Below, piece after piece: positions 46,312-55,338 of a stretch of 64,000 nt of DNA. Under the pieces are notes generated by a model, which saw only the letters and a program-made list of their open reading frames with translations, searched no databases and was not told the DNA's origin. The DNA lies in NCBI GenBank assembly GCA_046484285.1, contig JAWOBP010000088.1, positions 726 through 64,725 of the forward strand, given 5' to 3'. Numbering within the stretch: the stretch's first letter is position 1; every line of letters starts with the position of its first letter. This stretch comes from Polyangia bacterium (GTDB lineage Bacteria > Myxococcota_A > Polyangia > JAAYKL01). The position numbers and the translations under genes were made by a program.

Positions 46312-46494
46312 CTATTCGGCGGCCGCGGCGACATCGTTGTTCTGGGCGCCTGTCGCCGTCAGCGCCGCGAGCTGTCCCTGTCTCGCGAGGTTTGCCGCCT
46401 CTCCGAGGATGCGGGCCGCCGCCTGCGGCGCGTGGAAGCCCCTGGAGTCCTCGGCGGCGACGAAGTCGAACCGCCATTGCGCGGTATGTAGCAC
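46312..46494 (-). CDS. possible small ORF (60 aa) upstream of hcp
   Basis: From GTG 46494: [60 protein letters not shown]. Third-position G/C is very high across the otherwise unexplained 320-nt GC-rich spacer. There is no clear RBS and I recognise no family. Confidence 0.3.
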   Translation of the reverse strand: MLHTAQWRFDFVAAEDSRGFHAPQAAARILGEAANLARQGQLAALTATGAQNNDVAAAAE

Positions 46495-46500
46495 GATTTC

Positions 46501-46530
46501 ACTTGTAAGTAAATATTTATTAGCATACAG
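46501..46530. promoter_or_regulatory. AT-rich operator/promoter island with perfect 10-bp palindrome TAAATATTTA
   Basis: The sequence acttgtaagTAAATATTTAttagcatacag has its palindrome at 46510-46519. It lies between the divergent TetR gene and the hcp-side transcription unit. It shares the motif CTTG(T/C)AAGTAA with the second TetR upstream region. Confidence 0.45.
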
Positions 46531-46564
46531 TGAAGCAGAAGCATGACTCCCGACGGAGGTGCGA

Positions 46565-47170
46565 ATGAAGCGCAAGCCCACCGAGGTCAGGCAGGCAGAG
46601 ATCGTCGAGGCAGCGATGAGGATCATCGTCGCCAAGGGGGCCAGGCGCTTCACCGCCCAGCTCATTGCCGACGAGGTGGGTATGACGGCGGGCGGGATCT
46701 TCCGTCACTTTTCGAGCATGGACGAGATCGTGGATGCGGTCCTCGATCGCATGGAGGAGGTGCTGTTCCAAGGGTTTCCACCATCGGCAGAAGACCCGTG
46801 GGACCGTCTCAAAGAGTTCTTCGAGCATCGCGTCCAGGTCATGGTCGAGCACCCCGACATCTCCAGAATCCTGCTGTCCGACCACCTCGCTCATCTCGGG
46901 GACGGAAAGCCGGCCTCGAGGGTCGAGAGGCTGAAACGGCGATCTCGGCGGTTTGTCACTCGGTGCCTGCAAGAGGCAGCGGCAAGCGGTGCGATGGCGA
47001 GCGACGTGAGCGTGAACGCGGCGACCGTCATGGTGCTCGGCGCCATTCTCGCCGTCGGGCATTCAACGACCCGGGTTGCCGACGAGACGGAGACCAAGCA
47101 GCTGACGGCCGAGGTGTGGCGCGCCCTCGAGAAGATGCGTCACGTCTCCGGCACGAACAGCCAACGGTAG
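46565..47170 (+). CDS. TetR/AcrR-family transcriptional regulator
   Basis: The N-terminal HTH is [50 protein letters not shown] 46565 has GGAGG 5 nt upstream; the track start at GTG 46559 is less likely. Confidence 0.88.
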   Translation: MKRKPTEVRQAEIVEAAMRIIVAKGARRFTAQLIADEVGMTAGGIFRHFSSMDEIVDAVLDRMEEVLFQGFPPSAEDPWDRLKEFFEHRVQVMVEHPDISRILLSDHLAHLGDGKPASRVERLKRRSRRFVTRCLQEAAASGAMASDVSVNAATVMVLGAILAVGHSTTRVADETETKQLTAEVWRALEKMRHVSGTNSQR

Positions 47171-47187
47171 AAAGGAGGTCATCGGCG

Positions 47188-47544
47188 ATGACCATCGAAC
47201 AGCAAGAATCCTCCGCAGGCTTGCCGCCTTCCGAGCCGGTCGCGTTTCCCGAGCTGATTGCGTACCAGAATGGATCGATCGTGAGCCGCACCCTGGTCAA
47301 GAAGAATGGCGGCACGCTGACTCTCTTCGCCTTCGATGCCGGCCAGGAGTTATCAGAGCATTCCGCTCCCTTCGACGCCGTCGTGCAGATCATCGACGGC
47401 GAGGCCGAGCTGGTCATCGGCGGCGAGGAGGTGCCAGCCCGCGCGGGGCAGACGGTCCTGATGCCCGCGGACGTGCCCCACGCGGTCCGCGCACCGGGGC
47501 GCTTCAAGATGCTCCTGGTGATGATCCGCGAGGTCGCCGGCTGA
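47188..47544 (+). CDS. cupin-domain protein (118 aa)
   Basis: Cupin motifs FDAGQELSEHSAPFDAVVQIIDGEAEL and GQTVLMPADVPHAV. The RBS AAAGGAGG is at 47171-47178. Only the 3' third of track ORF 46543..47544 is real. Confidence 0.8.
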   Translation: MTIEQQESSAGLPPSEPVAFPELIAYQNGSIVSRTLVKKNGGTLTLFAFDAGQELSEHSAPFDAVVQIIDGEAELVIGGEEVPARAGQTVLMPADVPHAVRAPGRFKMLLVMIREVAG

Positions 47545-47717
47545 TTCGAGTCGATGATGAGTGACCATCGACCGGCGGGAACCACCGGCCGGATTCGGGC
47601 CGTGATGCGCTACGCCGGCCCCAAGATTGCCCATGCGGCACCCCGTCTCGGGCATCTTCCATGTCATCGCTGGCAGGCGCCCGGACGGGTTGACAACGAT
47701 GCCGTTGGGGCCCACCC

Positions 47718-47741
47718 TTGCAAGTAAGTACTTGCTTGCAA
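47718..47741. promoter_or_regulatory. candidate TetR operator (nested inverted repeats)
   Basis: In TTGCAAGtaagtacttgCTTGCAA the outer arms are 7 bp. The inner repeat is GCAAGTA-ag-TACTTGC at 47720-47735. The element ends 14 nt before the ATG at 47755. Confidence 0.5.
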
Positions 47742-47754
47742 AAGGGGAGGCCTC

Positions 47755-48348
47755 ATGGCATCGCGCAAATCCACCGATGAGAGACGGCGAGAGATCGTCG
47801 ACGCGGCCATCGAGATCATCGGCGAGCGCGGTCTGCGGGCCTTCACCGCGGCCAACATCGCCCGGGAGGTCGGTATCGGGGACGGTACGGTTTTTCGTCA
47901 TTTCAAGGACATGAACGAGGTTGCCGTGGGCGTGCTCGACAGGCTCCAGGAGCTGATGGACGAGGCGCCGCGATCCACGCAAGAGCCGTTCGAACGACTG
48001 GAGGAGTTCGTGCTCGACCGGCTTCGTTCCATCGCGCTCCAACCGGGGATCCAGTCGCTCGTCTTTTCGGACCAGATCTCGCAGGCCCTGGGCGCCGATG
48101 GCCCGCGCCGGGTCGCCGCGCTGAGGAATCGAGGTCGCGAGTTCATCGGGTCGTGTCTGCGCGAGGCGGACGAGAAGCGACTCCTGCGGGAGGGCCTCGA
48201 CATCGACAGCGCGGTCGTCCTCGTCACGGGGGCGGTGATGGGATTCCTGTTCGCGCTCAAGGACGGCGCCATCGAAGGACCCGCGGACCAGGCTGCGCGC
48301 CGAGCCTGGCGAACCCTCGAGCAACTGCTGGTGAGGGGGGACACATGA
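47755..48348 (+). CDS. TetR/AcrR-family transcriptional regulator (second copy)
   Basis: The HTH is RRREIVDAAIEIIGERGLRAFTAANIAREVGIGDGTVFRHFKDMNEV. It is paralogous to 46565..47170. Confidence 0.88.
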   Translation: MASRKSTDERRREIVDAAIEIIGERGLRAFTAANIAREVGIGDGTVFRHFKDMNEVAVGVLDRLQELMDEAPRSTQEPFERLEEFVLDRLRSIALQPGIQSLVFSDQISQALGADGPRRVAALRNRGREFIGSCLREADEKRLLREGLDIDSAVVLVTGAVMGFLFALKDGAIEGPADQAARRAWRTLEQLLVRGDT

Positions 48349-49475
48349 AGGTCGCGCGCGAGCTTTTTTGCGACAGCGGACGAGCTTTCGCGGCGGGTCT
48401 GATCCCGTTGCTGGCGGGGATCGCGTTGCTCGGAGCGGGTTGCTCGAAGGACGCGCCGGGATCGGCTCGAAAGCTGGATTCCGTGGCTGTCCGGATCGCC
48501 GCGGTGACGCAGGAGGACCTCGCCCGGCGGATCGGCTACGTGGGCACGGTTCACTCGCGCCGCGAGGTCAAGGTGCGCGCCCGGACCGCCGGCGCCGTGC
48601 TGTCGCTGGCAGGCGAGGGAGAGGTCGTGAGCGAGGGCCAGACGCTGGCGCGAATCACCGCGCCCGAGATCGCCGCCCGGGCGTCCCGGATGAAAGCCGA
48701 GGTGCGGCGGGCCAGAACGGAGCGCGGTTTTACGTGTGAGAGCTACGAGACCGATCGAAAGCTCGGCGAGGCGGGAGTCCTCTCGAGCAGGCAGGTCGCC
48801 ATGAGCGAGCGAGCCTGCGACGCGGCGACCGCCGCCCTGGCCGCCGCCCGGGCCGGCTCTCGCGAGGTCGGCGCGACCAGGGGCAAGACCTCGGAGCAGG
48901 CGCCCTTCGGCGGCCTCGTTCTCCAGTGGCTGGTCGAGCCGGGACAGAACGTGATGCCCGGCACGCCGCTTCTGATCCTGGGCGGTCACGAACTCGAGCT
49001 GAGGGTCCAGGTGGCCGAGCGCGACCTCGAAAGAGGCGTACGCGAGGGCGTCCCCACCTCGGTTCGGCTCGGCGGAGAGTCGCACCGGCTTCCGGTCTCG
49101 ACCGTCGCGCCGATGGCGGTCGGACCGGCCAGGGCATCCGAGGTCGGGATCCCTCTGCCCGGCGAGCCGACCCCGGCGCCGACGCACGGCACGTCCGCGC
49201 GGGTGGATTTTCTGGTCGCCGAGGTCCGGGGCGCGGTCGCTGTTCCGGACAAGGCTCTAGTCGAAGCTGACGGCGCCAGCGTCGTGTTTCTCGTCGAGGA
49301 CGGACGCGCACGCCAGGTCGCCGTGACCCCCGGCATCCACGACCGCGGCCTCATCGAGGTGAAAGGCGAGCTTTCGGTCGGCGCCTCGGTCGCCGTGAGC
49401 AACCAGGACCTGCTCCGGGACGGGGCGAGCGTCTTTGCTGTTCGACAGGCGAGCGGCGACGAAATGCAACCATGA
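48345..49475 (+). CDS. RND efflux periplasmic adaptor (membrane fusion protein), lipoprotein
   Basis: Lipobox LLGAGC and a biotinyl-lipoyl-like hairpin (VSEGQTLARITAPE ... GQNVMPGTPLLIL). It has an ATGA overlap with the TetR gene, and its stop overlaps the RND pump start. Confidence 0.8.
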   Translation: MKVARELFCDSGRAFAAGLIPLLAGIALLGAGCSKDAPGSARKLDSVAVRIAAVTQEDLARRIGYVGTVHSRREVKVRARTAGAVLSLAGEGEVVSEGQTLARITAPEIAARASRMKAEVRRARTERGFTCESYETDRKLGEAGVLSSRQVAMSERACDAATAALAAARAGSREVGATRGKTSEQAPFGGLVLQWLVEPGQNVMPGTPLLILGGHELELRVQVAERDLERGVREGVPTSVRLGGESHRLPVSTVAPMAVGPARASEVGIPLPGEPTPAPTHGTSARVDFLVAEVRGAVAVPDKALVEADGASVVFLVEDGRARQVAVTPGIHDRGLIEVKGELSVGASVAVSNQDLLRDGASVFAVRQASGDEMQP

Positions 49476-52400
49476 CCCGCTGGATCCTGAGAAACCGGCA
49501 CGCGGTCTGGGCCCTCGTCCTCGCCGTCGGTGTCTTCGGCTATCTCGCCTACCAGCGGTTGCCGGTCCAGCTCTTTCCCGACACGGCGCCGCCGCTGGTG
49601 AACATCATCACGACCTACCCCGGAGCGGCGGCCGAGGATGTGGCGCAGGAGCTCTCGCGGAGGATGGAGGAGGAGTTCGCCTCGCTGGAAGGGGTGTTCA
49701 AGGTCAAATCTTCATCTCAGGACAATCTGTCGGTTGTCTCGGTCGAATTCCAGTACGATCGCGACGTCGACCTTGCGGCGGTGGACGTTCAGAACGCCAT
49801 CGCTCGCATTCGCGGGGAGCTGCCGCCGAACATCGGCGAGCCGCAGGTGCTCCAGTTCTCGACCGCGGATCGGCCGATCGTCACCTACGCCGTGACCGCC
49901 GGCGATCTCGGGCGGGCTCGCAAGCTCGCCGAGGACGACTTTGCTCCGCGCTTGCAACAGGTGTGGGGCGTCGCCGCGGTGGATGTCTTCGGCGGCAGCC
50001 GCCGGGCGGTGCTCGTGGAGCTCGACCGCTACGAGCTAGAGGCCGCACGGATTCCGCTGCAGCGCGTGGTCGAAGCTCTGCGCTCCCACAACGCGATGAC
50101 CCCGGCCGGCCGGATCCGCACCGACTCGACCCAGTCCATGCTCAGGGTCGACACCCGCGCCGATACCGTCCAGGCGCTCGAAAGGATTCCCATCGCCACG
50201 GCCGGCGGCTCGCGGGTCCTGCTCGGCGATCTCGCCGCGATCCGCAAGGCTCCCCTCGCGGACGACTCGCGGTTTCGGCTGAACGGCAGTCGCGCGATCG
50301 CGATGCAGGTCTTCAAGACGACCGAGGCGAACACGGTCGAGGTGGTCGAGGCGACCAGAGGCGTGATCGACGAGCTCCGGTCGAGCTACCCCGGTGTGGA
50401 GATCAGCGAGGGCGAGGAGAGCGCCAGCTTCGCCCGGACATCGGTGGACAACCTGATCGGCAACGTCGGGCAGGCCATCCTGTTTACCGCGGTCCTGATG
50501 CTCTTCTTCCTGCGGCAGTGGCGAACGTCGCTGGTCGTCGCGCTGACCATGCCGCTGTCGTTCGGCATCACCTTCGCGGTGATGAAGCTGCTGGACATCG
50601 ATCTCAACCTGGTGACCCTGTCGGCCATCATCCTCTCGGTGGGCATGGTGATCGACAACTCCGTGGTCGTGCTCGAGAACATCGTGCGGCGCCGGGAGCG
50701 GGAGCGGCTCGGCCCGGTGGACGGGGCCGTGGCCGGTTCGGACGAGGTGCGCGGAGCCGCACTCGGAGGAACGCTGACCAACATCGCGGTCCTCGTGCCG
50801 CTGCTGTTCCTGTCCGGCTTCACCGGCAAGACCTTCACTCCCCTCTCGCGCACCTTGCTCATCGCGTTCCTTGCATCCATCGTCGTGGCTCTCGTGCTGG
50901 TCCCCCTGTTTTCCACCCACCTCACGACCCTGGCGGAAGGAGGCGGCATCGGTAACCGCATCGTGCACCTCGTCTCCGTTCCCTTTCACTGGGCGATGGA
51001 GCGGCTCAGGCGTTTCTACCTGCTGGTGCTCCGCGTCAGCCTGCGGCGGCGCTGGATCGTCGTGCTCGCGGCCCTGGCGCTGTTCGCGGGAGGGGTGGCC
51101 GGCATCCGGGCGCTGGGCATGGACGTGCTGCCCAAGATGGATTCCGGCAGCTTCTACGTCTCCCTCGAGACGCCCTCCGGGTCGTCGCTCGAGGAGACGG
51201 AGCGAGTGGTCCGCGATGTCGAAGAGCTGATTCGAAAAGAAAAGGAGGTTCGGCTCGTCCAGTCGCAGGTCGGCTTCGAGCAGGGGATGCGCTCGCTCTC
51301 TTCTTTCGGCGTCCAGGGGCCGACCCAGGGGTTCATCACCGTCACGCTGACCGATCGCAACCAGCGCGAGGAGACCGTCTGGGAGATCGAAGCGCGGCTC
51401 CGGGAAGAAATCGTCCGCGTGCCGGGGATCCGTGTCTCCACGGTTCGCGAGACGGGCAACACGGCGCGGTCCACGACCTCGGCGCCGGTAGTCGTGCGGA
51501 TCTCGGGAGACGATCCGCTGGTGCTCGACGAGCTCGGCGCGGCCGTCGAAAGCCGGCTCGCCGGAGTGCCCTCGGTGGTGGCGCCGATGCGGAGCTGGCG
51601 GGTCGACCAGCGGCAGGGACGCTTCGACATCGATGTGCTCGAGGCGGCCCGGCTCGGTGTGTCGCCCGCCATGGTGGGGCGGACCGTGCTCGCCGGGACC
51701 GAAGGGGTCGGAGCGGGCGACTACTACGGCGACAAAGGGACGCCGCTTCCGATCGAGGTCTCGTATCGCGAACAGCAGCGGCGCACTCCCGGCGACCTGC
51801 TGCGGTTTCCCCTGTTCACCTCCGGGGCGCCGGATCCGGTTTCGCTCGGCGAGCTGGCCCGGCACCGCGAGGTAGTAGGCCAGGGACTGGTCACCCGGGA
51901 GCACCTGTCACCGACCCTCGAGGTGTCCGCCTTCATCGAGGGCAGGCCGCTCTCCTTCGTGGTGTCGGATGTGGAGGAGGCCCTCGTCGGGCTCGACCCG
52001 CCGGGCGGCTACCAGGTGGATCTCACCGGCGAGAAGGGGGACATGGCCGAGTCGATGAGCGAGCTCGGCTTCGCGCTCATGATCGGCATCATCGGCGTGT
52101 ACCTCCTTTTGGTGGCGCAGTTCAGGTCGTTCGTACACCCGATCACCGTCCTGATCTCGATACCGCTGAGCCTTTCCGGGATCGCCGCGGCGCTGTTCAT
52201 CGCCGGCAAGCCGATGTCGATGCCCGTCATGCTCGGTCTGATCCTGATCGTGGGGATGGTGATCAACAACGCCATTTTGCTGATCGCGTTCATCGAGCAG
52301 CGGCGCGAGCGCGGCGTCGCGATCAAGGAGGCCCTCACGGCCGCGGTCGACCTGCGATTCCGTCCGATCATGATGACCAGCTTGTCCACCGTCGCGGGGA

Positions 52401-52597
52401 TGATCCCGCTGGCCGCGGAGTGGTCGCTCGGCGCCGAGCGTTTCTCACCGCTGGCGGTCGCGGTCATCGGCGGAATCGTCACATCCACCTTCCTGACCAT
52501 CGTCTTCGTCCCCGTGTTCTACAGCGCCTTCGACAGCGGGATCGGCGGGGTGAAAATGCTCTTCGGAGGCCGCCGGCGCGGCCGGCCGCCCGCATGA
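49472..52597 (+). CDS. RND-family efflux transporter permease (AcrB/HAE-type), 1041 aa
   Basis: 12-TM topology with two large periplasmic loops. The N-terminus RNRHAVWALVLAVGVFGYLAY..LPV.LFPD and the overall AcrB-like pattern fit. No outer-membrane factor gene lies adjacent. Confidence 0.92.
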   Translation: MTRWILRNRHAVWALVLAVGVFGYLAYQRLPVQLFPDTAPPLVNIITTYPGAAAEDVAQELSRRMEEEFASLEGVFKVKSSSQDNLSVVSVEFQYDRDVDLAAVDVQNAIARIRGELPPNIGEPQVLQFSTADRPIVTYAVTAGDLGRARKLAEDDFAPRLQQVWGVAAVDVFGGSRRAVLVELDRYELEAARIPLQRVVEALRSHNAMTPAGRIRTDSTQSMLRVDTRADTVQALERIPIATAGGSRVLLGDLAAIRKAPLADDSRFRLNGSRAIAMQVFKTTEANTVEVVEATRGVIDELRSSYPGVEISEGEESASFARTSVDNLIGNVGQAILFTAVLMLFFLRQWRTSLVVALTMPLSFGITFAVMKLLDIDLNLVTLSAIILSVGMVIDNSVVVLENIVRRRERERLGPVDGAVAGSDEVRGAALGGTLTNIAVLVPLLFLSGFTGKTFTPLSRTLLIAFLASIVVALVLVPLFSTHLTTLAEGGGIGNRIVHLVSVPFHWAMERLRRFYLLVLRVSLRRRWIVVLAALALFAGGVAGIRALGMDVLPKMDSGSFYVSLETPSGSSLEETERVVRDVEELIRKEKEVRLVQSQVGFEQGMRSLSSFGVQGPTQGFITVTLTDRNQREETVWEIEARLREEIVRVPGIRVSTVRETGNTARSTTSAPVVVRISGDDPLVLDELGAAVESRLAGVPSVVAPMRSWRVDQRQGRFDIDVLEAARLGVSPAMVGRTVLAGTEGVGAGDYYGDKGTPLPIEVSYREQQRRTPGDLLRFPLFTSGAPDPVSLGELARHREVVGQGLVTREHLSPTLEVSAFIEGRPLSFVVSDVEEALVGLDPPGGYQVDLTGEKGDMAESMSELGFALMIGIIGVYLLLVAQFRSFVHPITVLISIPLSLSGIAAALFIAGKPMSMPVMLGLILIVGMVINNAILLIAFIEQRRERGVAIKEALTAAVDLRFRPIMMTSLSTVAGMIPLAAEWSLGAERFSPLAVAVIGGIVTSTFLTIVFVPVFYSAFDSGIGGVKMLFGGRRRGRPPA

Positions 52598-52647
52598 CCG
52601 GCACCTCGCCGTCGCCGAGATCCCAATTCGCTCGGGGTCGAAGGGGC

Positions 52648-53655
52648 TTACTTCGAGCCCATCTCCGCAGTCTTCTCGGAGTAGTCGTAGACGACGGTGT
52701 TGGCCAGCTTGCCGGCCTCCCAGATGATGGTGGCCGGTTTCTCGGTGCCCAGGCTGGAGTGAATGGCGGCCAGGCGCCTTGCCGCTTCGTTGCCGAAGCC
52801 CTGCTCGGACTGCCATTCGATCAGCGCGCTGCCTTCCAGCCCCGGCCGCCGGAGCAGGTTCAGATCCTCGAAGCCGGCCATGCGCTCGATCACCACCTGC
52901 GCCCCTTCCACCGCTTTTTCGTCGACACCCAGCGCGGCCACGGCGCCGGCCGGCTCGGTGGCCACGGAGATGGAGATGCCCCGGCGGGGGTCGATGATCA
53001 ACCCCATGCCCACCACATTGCCGCCGTCGGCGGCCGGCGCCAGCAAGCGATCGATCTCGGCCTTGGGAACCCCTTCTTCCTCCAGCGCCACCTCGACCTT
53101 GCCGCGCGGGATGCTTTCGACTCCCACCCGGGCGATCGGAGCCTTGCCGAACTGCACGGAGAAGTAGATCGCTTTCCACTCGTTGAAGTGGCCGAACAGC
53201 GCCGCCTTCTTGCCCGCGTCCTTGTTGAACAGCTCCCCGACCAGGTCGGCCACCGTCTCGCCGAACTTCTGGCCGTCGCCGCGGGCGGTCAGCCCGAACC
53301 GCTCGCCGTCGGGCGACATCAGGTAGCCCACCCGGCCGGCACCGGCCTTGATCAACACCTCGGCGATCTTGCCGAGCTCGGGCCGCTTCTTCATCTCGAT
53401 GGTCTGCTGCCCGTGCATGGCCTCGAGCATCGACCTGGCTCGGCTGACCCGCGCGAGCAGCTCGGCTTCGCCCACCTCGGTCTCGGCGGCAGTCGCGCCG
53501 TCGCCGGCCGGCGGCTTCTCGGCCTGGGTCGGCTGCTCGGACCCGGCCGCCGGCTTCTCCGGCGCCGCTGTCTCCAGCCCGGCCTCCTTTCCGCAGCCGG
53601 CCACCAGGGCCAACCCCAGACCCAACACCAGAATCCACCTGCTTTGCACGGACAT
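52648..53655 (-). CDS. lipoprotein, function unknown
   Basis: Lipobox LALVAGC, a Pro/Ala/Glu-rich linker, then a globular domain. GGAGG lies upstream of the ATG. Confidence 0.65.
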   Translation of the reverse strand: MSVQSRWILVLGLGLALVAGCGKEAGLETAAPEKPAAGSEQPTQAEKPPAGDGATAAETEVGEAELLARVSRARSMLEAMHGQQTIEMKKRPELGKIAEVLIKAGAGRVGYLMSPDGERFGLTARGDGQKFGETVADLVGELFNKDAGKKAALFGHFNEWKAIYFSVQFGKAPIARVGVESIPRGKVEVALEEEGVPKAEIDRLLAPAADGGNVVGMGLIIDPRRGISISVATEPAGAVAALGVDEKAVEGAQVVIERMAGFEDLNLLRRPGLEGSALIEWQSEQGFGNEAARRLAAIHSSLGTEKPATIIWEAGKLANTVVYDYSEKTAEMGSK

Positions 53656-53908
53656 GAGGCCTCCTTCGACTCGATCGATTCGAAAGTGGACGATAGCCGT
53701 CCTCCAAATAAGCGGTCAATTAGATTTTCCGCCGACGGGAAGATCGCCTCGATTTCACCTCGATCAGTAGGTTCGATACGACCAGCCTGGAGCCGTCGAT
53801 GCGAATCGCTCCGCAGTTTTTCGTCTTTCATCCTACAATCCCCTTGTGCTAGCCTAATTGTTTGTCGAATTTGTGCCGGCGGCGTGCTCGCCTGCCAGGG
53901 AGGAGTCG

Positions 53909-54601
53909 ATGCTCGACAGGATCAGATTCTGGATGGGGACGGACGAGCCTCTCGGCCGGGAGTGGAAGGACTTTTTCCAGATGCTGGCCATGGGCCGCGA
54001 TCTGTACGGCGACGCCTGGGCGGTGCTTTACGGCGAGACGGACCGGGAGGCGGTCAAGGACGACATCTACCGCAGCGATGTTGCAATCAACAAAAGCGAG
54101 CGCAAGCTGCGCAAGCAGCTGGTCACGCACCTGGCGGTCAACCCCGAGCAGGATGCGGTCGGCTGCCTGCTGCTGATGAGCTTGGTCAAGGACGCCGAGC
54201 GGATCGGGGACTGCTGCAAGAACATCTACGAGGCGGCCTGTATGCTGGGCAGGAGCGGCGAGGAGCTTCGCTACTGGGAGCGCCTCGAAGATTTCGGCCG
54301 CAGGGTCGACGAGACCTTCGAGCAGACGATTCGCGCGATGAAAAACGAGTCTCCCGACGTTGCCGAGGAGGTGGTGCGCGAAGAGGTGGAGATGAACCGC
54401 GAGTTCGACTCGTTCATCGAGGACCTGGCGAGCTCGGATCTGGACGCGCGGCAGACCGCGGGCACGGTGCTGCTGGTGCGGGCCGTCAAGCGGGTTCGCG
54501 CGCACCTGTCCAACGTCGCATCGTCCGTGGTGATGCCGCTCCCGCAGCTCGATCACCGCCCCCGCGACCTGAGGCCCAGGCGGGAGAAAAAGGCGACGTA
54601 G
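53909..54601 (+). CDS. PhoU-domain-like helical protein
   Basis: Two helical repeats with PhoU-like segments (DVAINKSERKLRKQL... and AKDAERIGDCCKNIYE-type; ...LVRAVKRVRAHLSNVAS). ATG 53909 is preceded by GGGAGGAG. Confidence 0.55.
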   Translation: MLDRIRFWMGTDEPLGREWKDFFQMLAMGRDLYGDAWAVLYGETDREAVKDDIYRSDVAINKSERKLRKQLVTHLAVNPEQDAVGCLLLMSLVKDAERIGDCCKNIYEAACMLGRSGEELRYWERLEDFGRRVDETFEQTIRAMKNESPDVAEEVVREEVEMNREFDSFIEDLASSDLDARQTAGTVLLVRAVKRVRAHLSNVASSVVMPLPQLDHRPRDLRPRREKKAT

Positions 54602-54700
54602 ATCGCTGCGTCGATTTCATTCGTTTGGAATATTTGCCGCACAGAGCTGTCTCTATCATTGTGTAATTGTGTTTTTTGGAGAAACGAAAGGAGCCTTGCG

Positions 54701-55255
54701 ATGAAAAGAGTTGAATGGTCGATTGTATTGGCAGCGGTGCTCACCTTGGCGCTCGGTCTGGGATGGGGCTGCTCGGACGACGGCGACGACGACGATGGGA
54801 GCGGTGACGCGGACACGGACGCGGACACGGACGCGGACACGGACGCCGACACGGACGCGGACGCGGACACGGACGCGGACACGGACGCCGACACCGATGC
54901 CGACACCGACACGGGCGGGGATTTCGAGCTCAACGGCACTTGGATCTACACTGGATCCGAAGATCTCTCGGCCAGCATGGAAGTCACCAACGAAACGATG
55001 ATCGACGAGGAGCTCGATTCCACCGCCTGGTCGGCCGAGTGGTCGATCACCTCCTGGAACAATGAAGCCGATCATTTCGACCTGGTGTTGGAGTCGGTCG
55101 AAGGCGAGTACGAACTGCAGGTCGGCGACGAGATGAAGTGCGCCTACGTTTTGGACGGCGATACGGTGGATCTCTACTACTCGACCGAAGGTGGGTACCC
55201 CACGGCCGAGGGCGGCACCGAGGGCGTCGACTACTGGGAGTACACTCGCCAGTAG
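54701..55255 (+). CDS. small lipoprotein with (Asp-Ala-Asp-Thr)n linker
   Basis: Lipobox LGLGWGC, then DDGDDDDGSG(DADT)n, then a globular domain of about 115 aa. The RBS GAAAGGAG lies upstream. Confidence 0.75.
   Translation: MKRVEWSIVLAAVLTLALGLGWGCSDDGDDDDGSGDADTDADTDADTDADTDADADTDADTDADTDADTDTGGDFELNGTWIYTGSEDLSASMEVTNETMIDEELDSTAWSAEWSITSWNNEADHFDLVLESVEGEYELQVGDEMKCAYVLDGDTVDLYYSTEGGYPTAEGGTEGVDYWEYTRQ
54806..54913. repeat. near-perfect 12-nt tandem repeat (gacgcggacacg) encoding (DADT)n
   Basis: About 9 units are visible between 54806 and 54913. Confidence 0.9.
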
Positions 55256-55338
55256 CCCAAGGGCCGTTTCTCCGGTGGAGCTCAGATTGTTTCCAACGGG
55301 GGTGAGCGCGATGGTATAATGGCACTCGGAGGTGCTTC

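Noticed and set aside
46543-47187. The 5' two-thirds of track ORF 46543..47544 (333 aa).
   Set aside because: It overlaps the well-supported TetR gene in another frame and is Arg/Gly-rich. Only the last 118 codons are credible: they form the cupin and have their own strong RBS and the ATG at 47188.
54626-54640. Sigma-54-like element TGGAATATTTGCCGC upstream of the small lipoprotein gene.
   Set aside because: The GG-N10-GC spacing is satisfied, but the -12 region reads CCGC rather than TTGC. The TTTGC that is present lies 3 nt too close. No enhancer-binding protein is encoded nearby.
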